In this document: positions 53,925 through 55,423 of the stretch, piece by piece | Numbering within the stretch: the first letter of the stretch is position 1 | How the letters are laid out: every line of letters starts with the position of its first letter | Source: a virus | Taxonomy: Duplodnaviria > Caudoviricetes | DNA: 55,423 nucleotides | Virus record (IMG/VR): IMGVR_UViG_3300042892_000300 | Coordinates: 1 to 55,423 of that record | Reading direction: 5' to 3' (one strand) | The notes under the pieces: generated by a model | The model's database searches: none | The model's input: the letters and a program-made list of their open reading frames with translations, nothing else | What the model was told of the DNA's origin: nothing | Translations under genes and position numbers: made by a program

Positions 53925-54689
53925 TCAACCAAAGGGTACCATTTGGACGCGCATAGTCCCTCGCATGTTTCCGATGTTAGCACGAGCGCGTCTTTCAGTC
54001 ACGCAGTATGTATACTGCTTGGCGTGGTATGCCGCCAACTCGTAATCCTTCCACGCTTGACTAGGTACGACTAGCAGTTCCTGTAGCGCGCTGTGATAGA
54101 TCGCGTCCTCCAGTTCGTTGAACTGATACTCCGCCATACCGGTGGCATCACGCATGGGTTTTAGGGCATAGATAAGCCGAAGGGTGAACGGCTTCTCATC
54201 ACTGGGGGCGGGCAACACGACGAACCTATCCGGCGATAGCTGCGTAAATACCCGGGGATCACTGGTTTTAGCCAGCGCCTCTTCGGTGACAGTAAACGTC
54301 GAGCCACCGTTGAAGGTGTTGGTGTTGAACTCGTCGCCGTTGAACCCCCCTGTCGCGGTCCACAGTTCCTCGTAGGGTACACCGCTGTAGAGGTCTGCCC
54401 ATGCGGGGTACCGGAGAAGCGCATCCTCCAGAGTAACACGGTCCAGCGGGGAGCCATTGACAGCCGCGTCGAACACAGCATGAACATCAGCATTCACCGG
54501 TTTCCGGTAGAAGTACTGGTGCACCGCTGGGGTCAGATCATACGGAGGCTCTGCGTGTCGCCAATATAACGTGCGCTCACATGTGCGGATCGCCGCATTG
54601 CGAATAGCACTCTCGATCAGTGGGTTCGGGCAACCCGGTACGCTTACACTCACGCGAGGAATGAGTGAGGAGAACTCACGGTCGGCCAT
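53925..54689 (-). CDS. Head-tail adaptor/tail tubular A-like protein
   Basis: 254 aa; VPGCP, CERT..W, L.PAP motifs; upstream of fibres. Confidence 0.65.
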   Translation of the reverse strand: MADREFSSLIPRVSVSVPGCPNPLIESAIRNAAIRTCERTLYWRHAEPPYDLTPAVHQYFYRKPVNADVHAVFDAAVNGSPLDRVTLEDALLRYPAWADLYSGVPYEELWTATGGFNGDEFNTNTFNGGSTFTVTEEALAKTSDPRVFTQLSPDRFVVLPAPSDEKPFTLRLIYALKPMRDATGMAEYQFNELEDAIYHSALQELLVVPSQAWKDYELAAYHAKQYTYCVTERRARANIGNMRGTMRVQMVPFG

Positions 54690-55333
54690 CAGATCACCTG
54701 CTTCGGATTAAGCCCGCCTTCTTCAGTGTCAGTGACGGTGCGCGTCTGTAGCCCGGTGGCCAGAACCTGATTGAACGAGTCTTGGAACAGCTTGGCGCGA
54801 CCTGAGTTGACGTGCTCATCGTCCACGGACTCCGCAAAAAACACCACACCGTCGACGACAACCGGGAGATACACGTCGGTGAGTGTCTCGATGGTCTGAT
54901 TGATCGTGTAGGCAACAGGACTCTGCACATACTCCGCGACGAGGATCGTGCCCTCTATGGGACGCGGGTATACAAAGAACCGGTTCGGGCTGCGTACATG
55001 GCGCATGAAGTTGACCGGCATACCTGCTGGATCATTCGCCCAGCTAGGGTGAATGCGGTCCAGCGACTCCCGATTGGTTTCCGTGAGGGCGTTACCGCCC
55101 CGCACTTGGAAGACTTCTATCAACCGCATGGAGTCTGCTGGACAGCTTTGCAGCACCTCGCCCGGTACCGTGGGGATATCTTCAATCACAGAGAATAGGT
55201 CTGGACGTAGCACGACCATCCGCTTCAGCGTTTGGTTCACCCATCCGAGCATGAGGGTGTCGCTGTAGCGGTATGGCGCACGGGTGTCCTGAACCAGTAT
55301 CCGTGCCTGTGTGATGATATCCGCAGGGGTCAT
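54689..55333 (-). CDS. Head-tail adaptor protein
   Basis: 214 aa; II..AR.LVQD...RYSD..L..W.N, RPD, FFVYP.P motifs. Confidence 0.65.
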   Translation of the reverse strand: MTPADIITQARILVQDTRAPYRYSDTLMLGWVNQTLKRMVVLRPDLFSVIEDIPTVPGEVLQSCPADSMRLIEVFQVRGGNALTETNRESLDRIHPSWANDPAGMPVNFMRHVRSPNRFFVYPRPIEGTILVAEYVQSPVAYTINQTIETLTDVYLPVVVDGVVFFAESVDDEHVNSGRAKLFQDSFNQVLATGLQTRTVTDTEEGGLNPKQVI

Positions 55334-55423
55334 TCAGGCCAGCCTCTTTTGGCTTCGACAGCCAACTCAGGATCGGTATACACTGGTTCTACAGGTATGT
55401 CAGTAGATAGATCAAGCCCGTTG
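55330..55423 (-). CDS. 3' end of a late-arm ORF truncated by the window edge
   Basis: ...NGLDLSTDIPVEPVYTDPELAVEAKRGWPE*, ATGA overlap with 54689..55333. Confidence 0.55.
   Translation of the reverse strand, partial: NGLDLSTDIPVEPVYTDPELAVEAKRGWPE

Larger units (their letters stand above)
1..55423. mobile_element. Near-complete tailed dsDNA phage genome (podovirus-type, P22/T7-like virion module, apparently non-integrating)
   Basis: Terminase, portal, scaffold, capsid, nozzle, ejection proteins, lysis cassette, PolA and primase-helicase in two strand-coherent arms; no host housekeeping genes, tape measure, sheath or integrase seen. Confidence 0.95.

Noticed and set aside
1-55423. tRNA/rRNA genes, introns/inteins, terminal repeats
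   Set aside because: None recognised by eye; PolA, TerL and helicase have normal lengths; the window ends do not overlap each other

Overview
The window is an almost complete genome of a tailed dsDNA phage with podovirus-type architecture. It infects a Gram-negative host (Rz/Rz1 spanins); an alphaproteobacterial host is a weak inference. There are two arms. The + strand early/replication arm (about 8.1-25.6 kb) holds small early genes, a MoxR-like AAA+/vWA-metallopeptidase triad, family A DNA polymerase, a variable island of small ORFs, Cas4-like and VRR-NUC nucleases, SNF2 helicase and an AEP primase-DUF927 helicase. The - strand late arm runs terminase, portal, scaffold and capsid (7.7 kb to 1), then adaptors, fibres, lysis, nozzle and ejection proteins (55.4 to 25.6 kb). 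Both window ends fall inside late-arm ORFs, so the map is probably circularly permuted with a short gap. No integrase, RNA polymerase, reverse transcriptase, tRNA or CRISPR was seen. Highlights: (1) a GT2-TPR glycosyltransferase directly upstream of a Gly-Pro-Thr collagen fibre, like Clostridioides sgtA-bclA3, suggesting a phage fibre O-glycosylation system; (2) a CCC-UAG shifty-stop +1 frameshift that would add an M15 peptidase to an ejection protein; (3) a pseudoknotted type II hammerhead ribozyme between early genes; (4) an L,D-transpeptidase domain inside the 2,820-aa virion protein; (5) a heme-oxygenase-like gene coupled to the fibre gene; (6) an iteron/IHF-site control region and a boxA-containing structured leader. 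All family calls come from motif recognition by eye; no searches were run.
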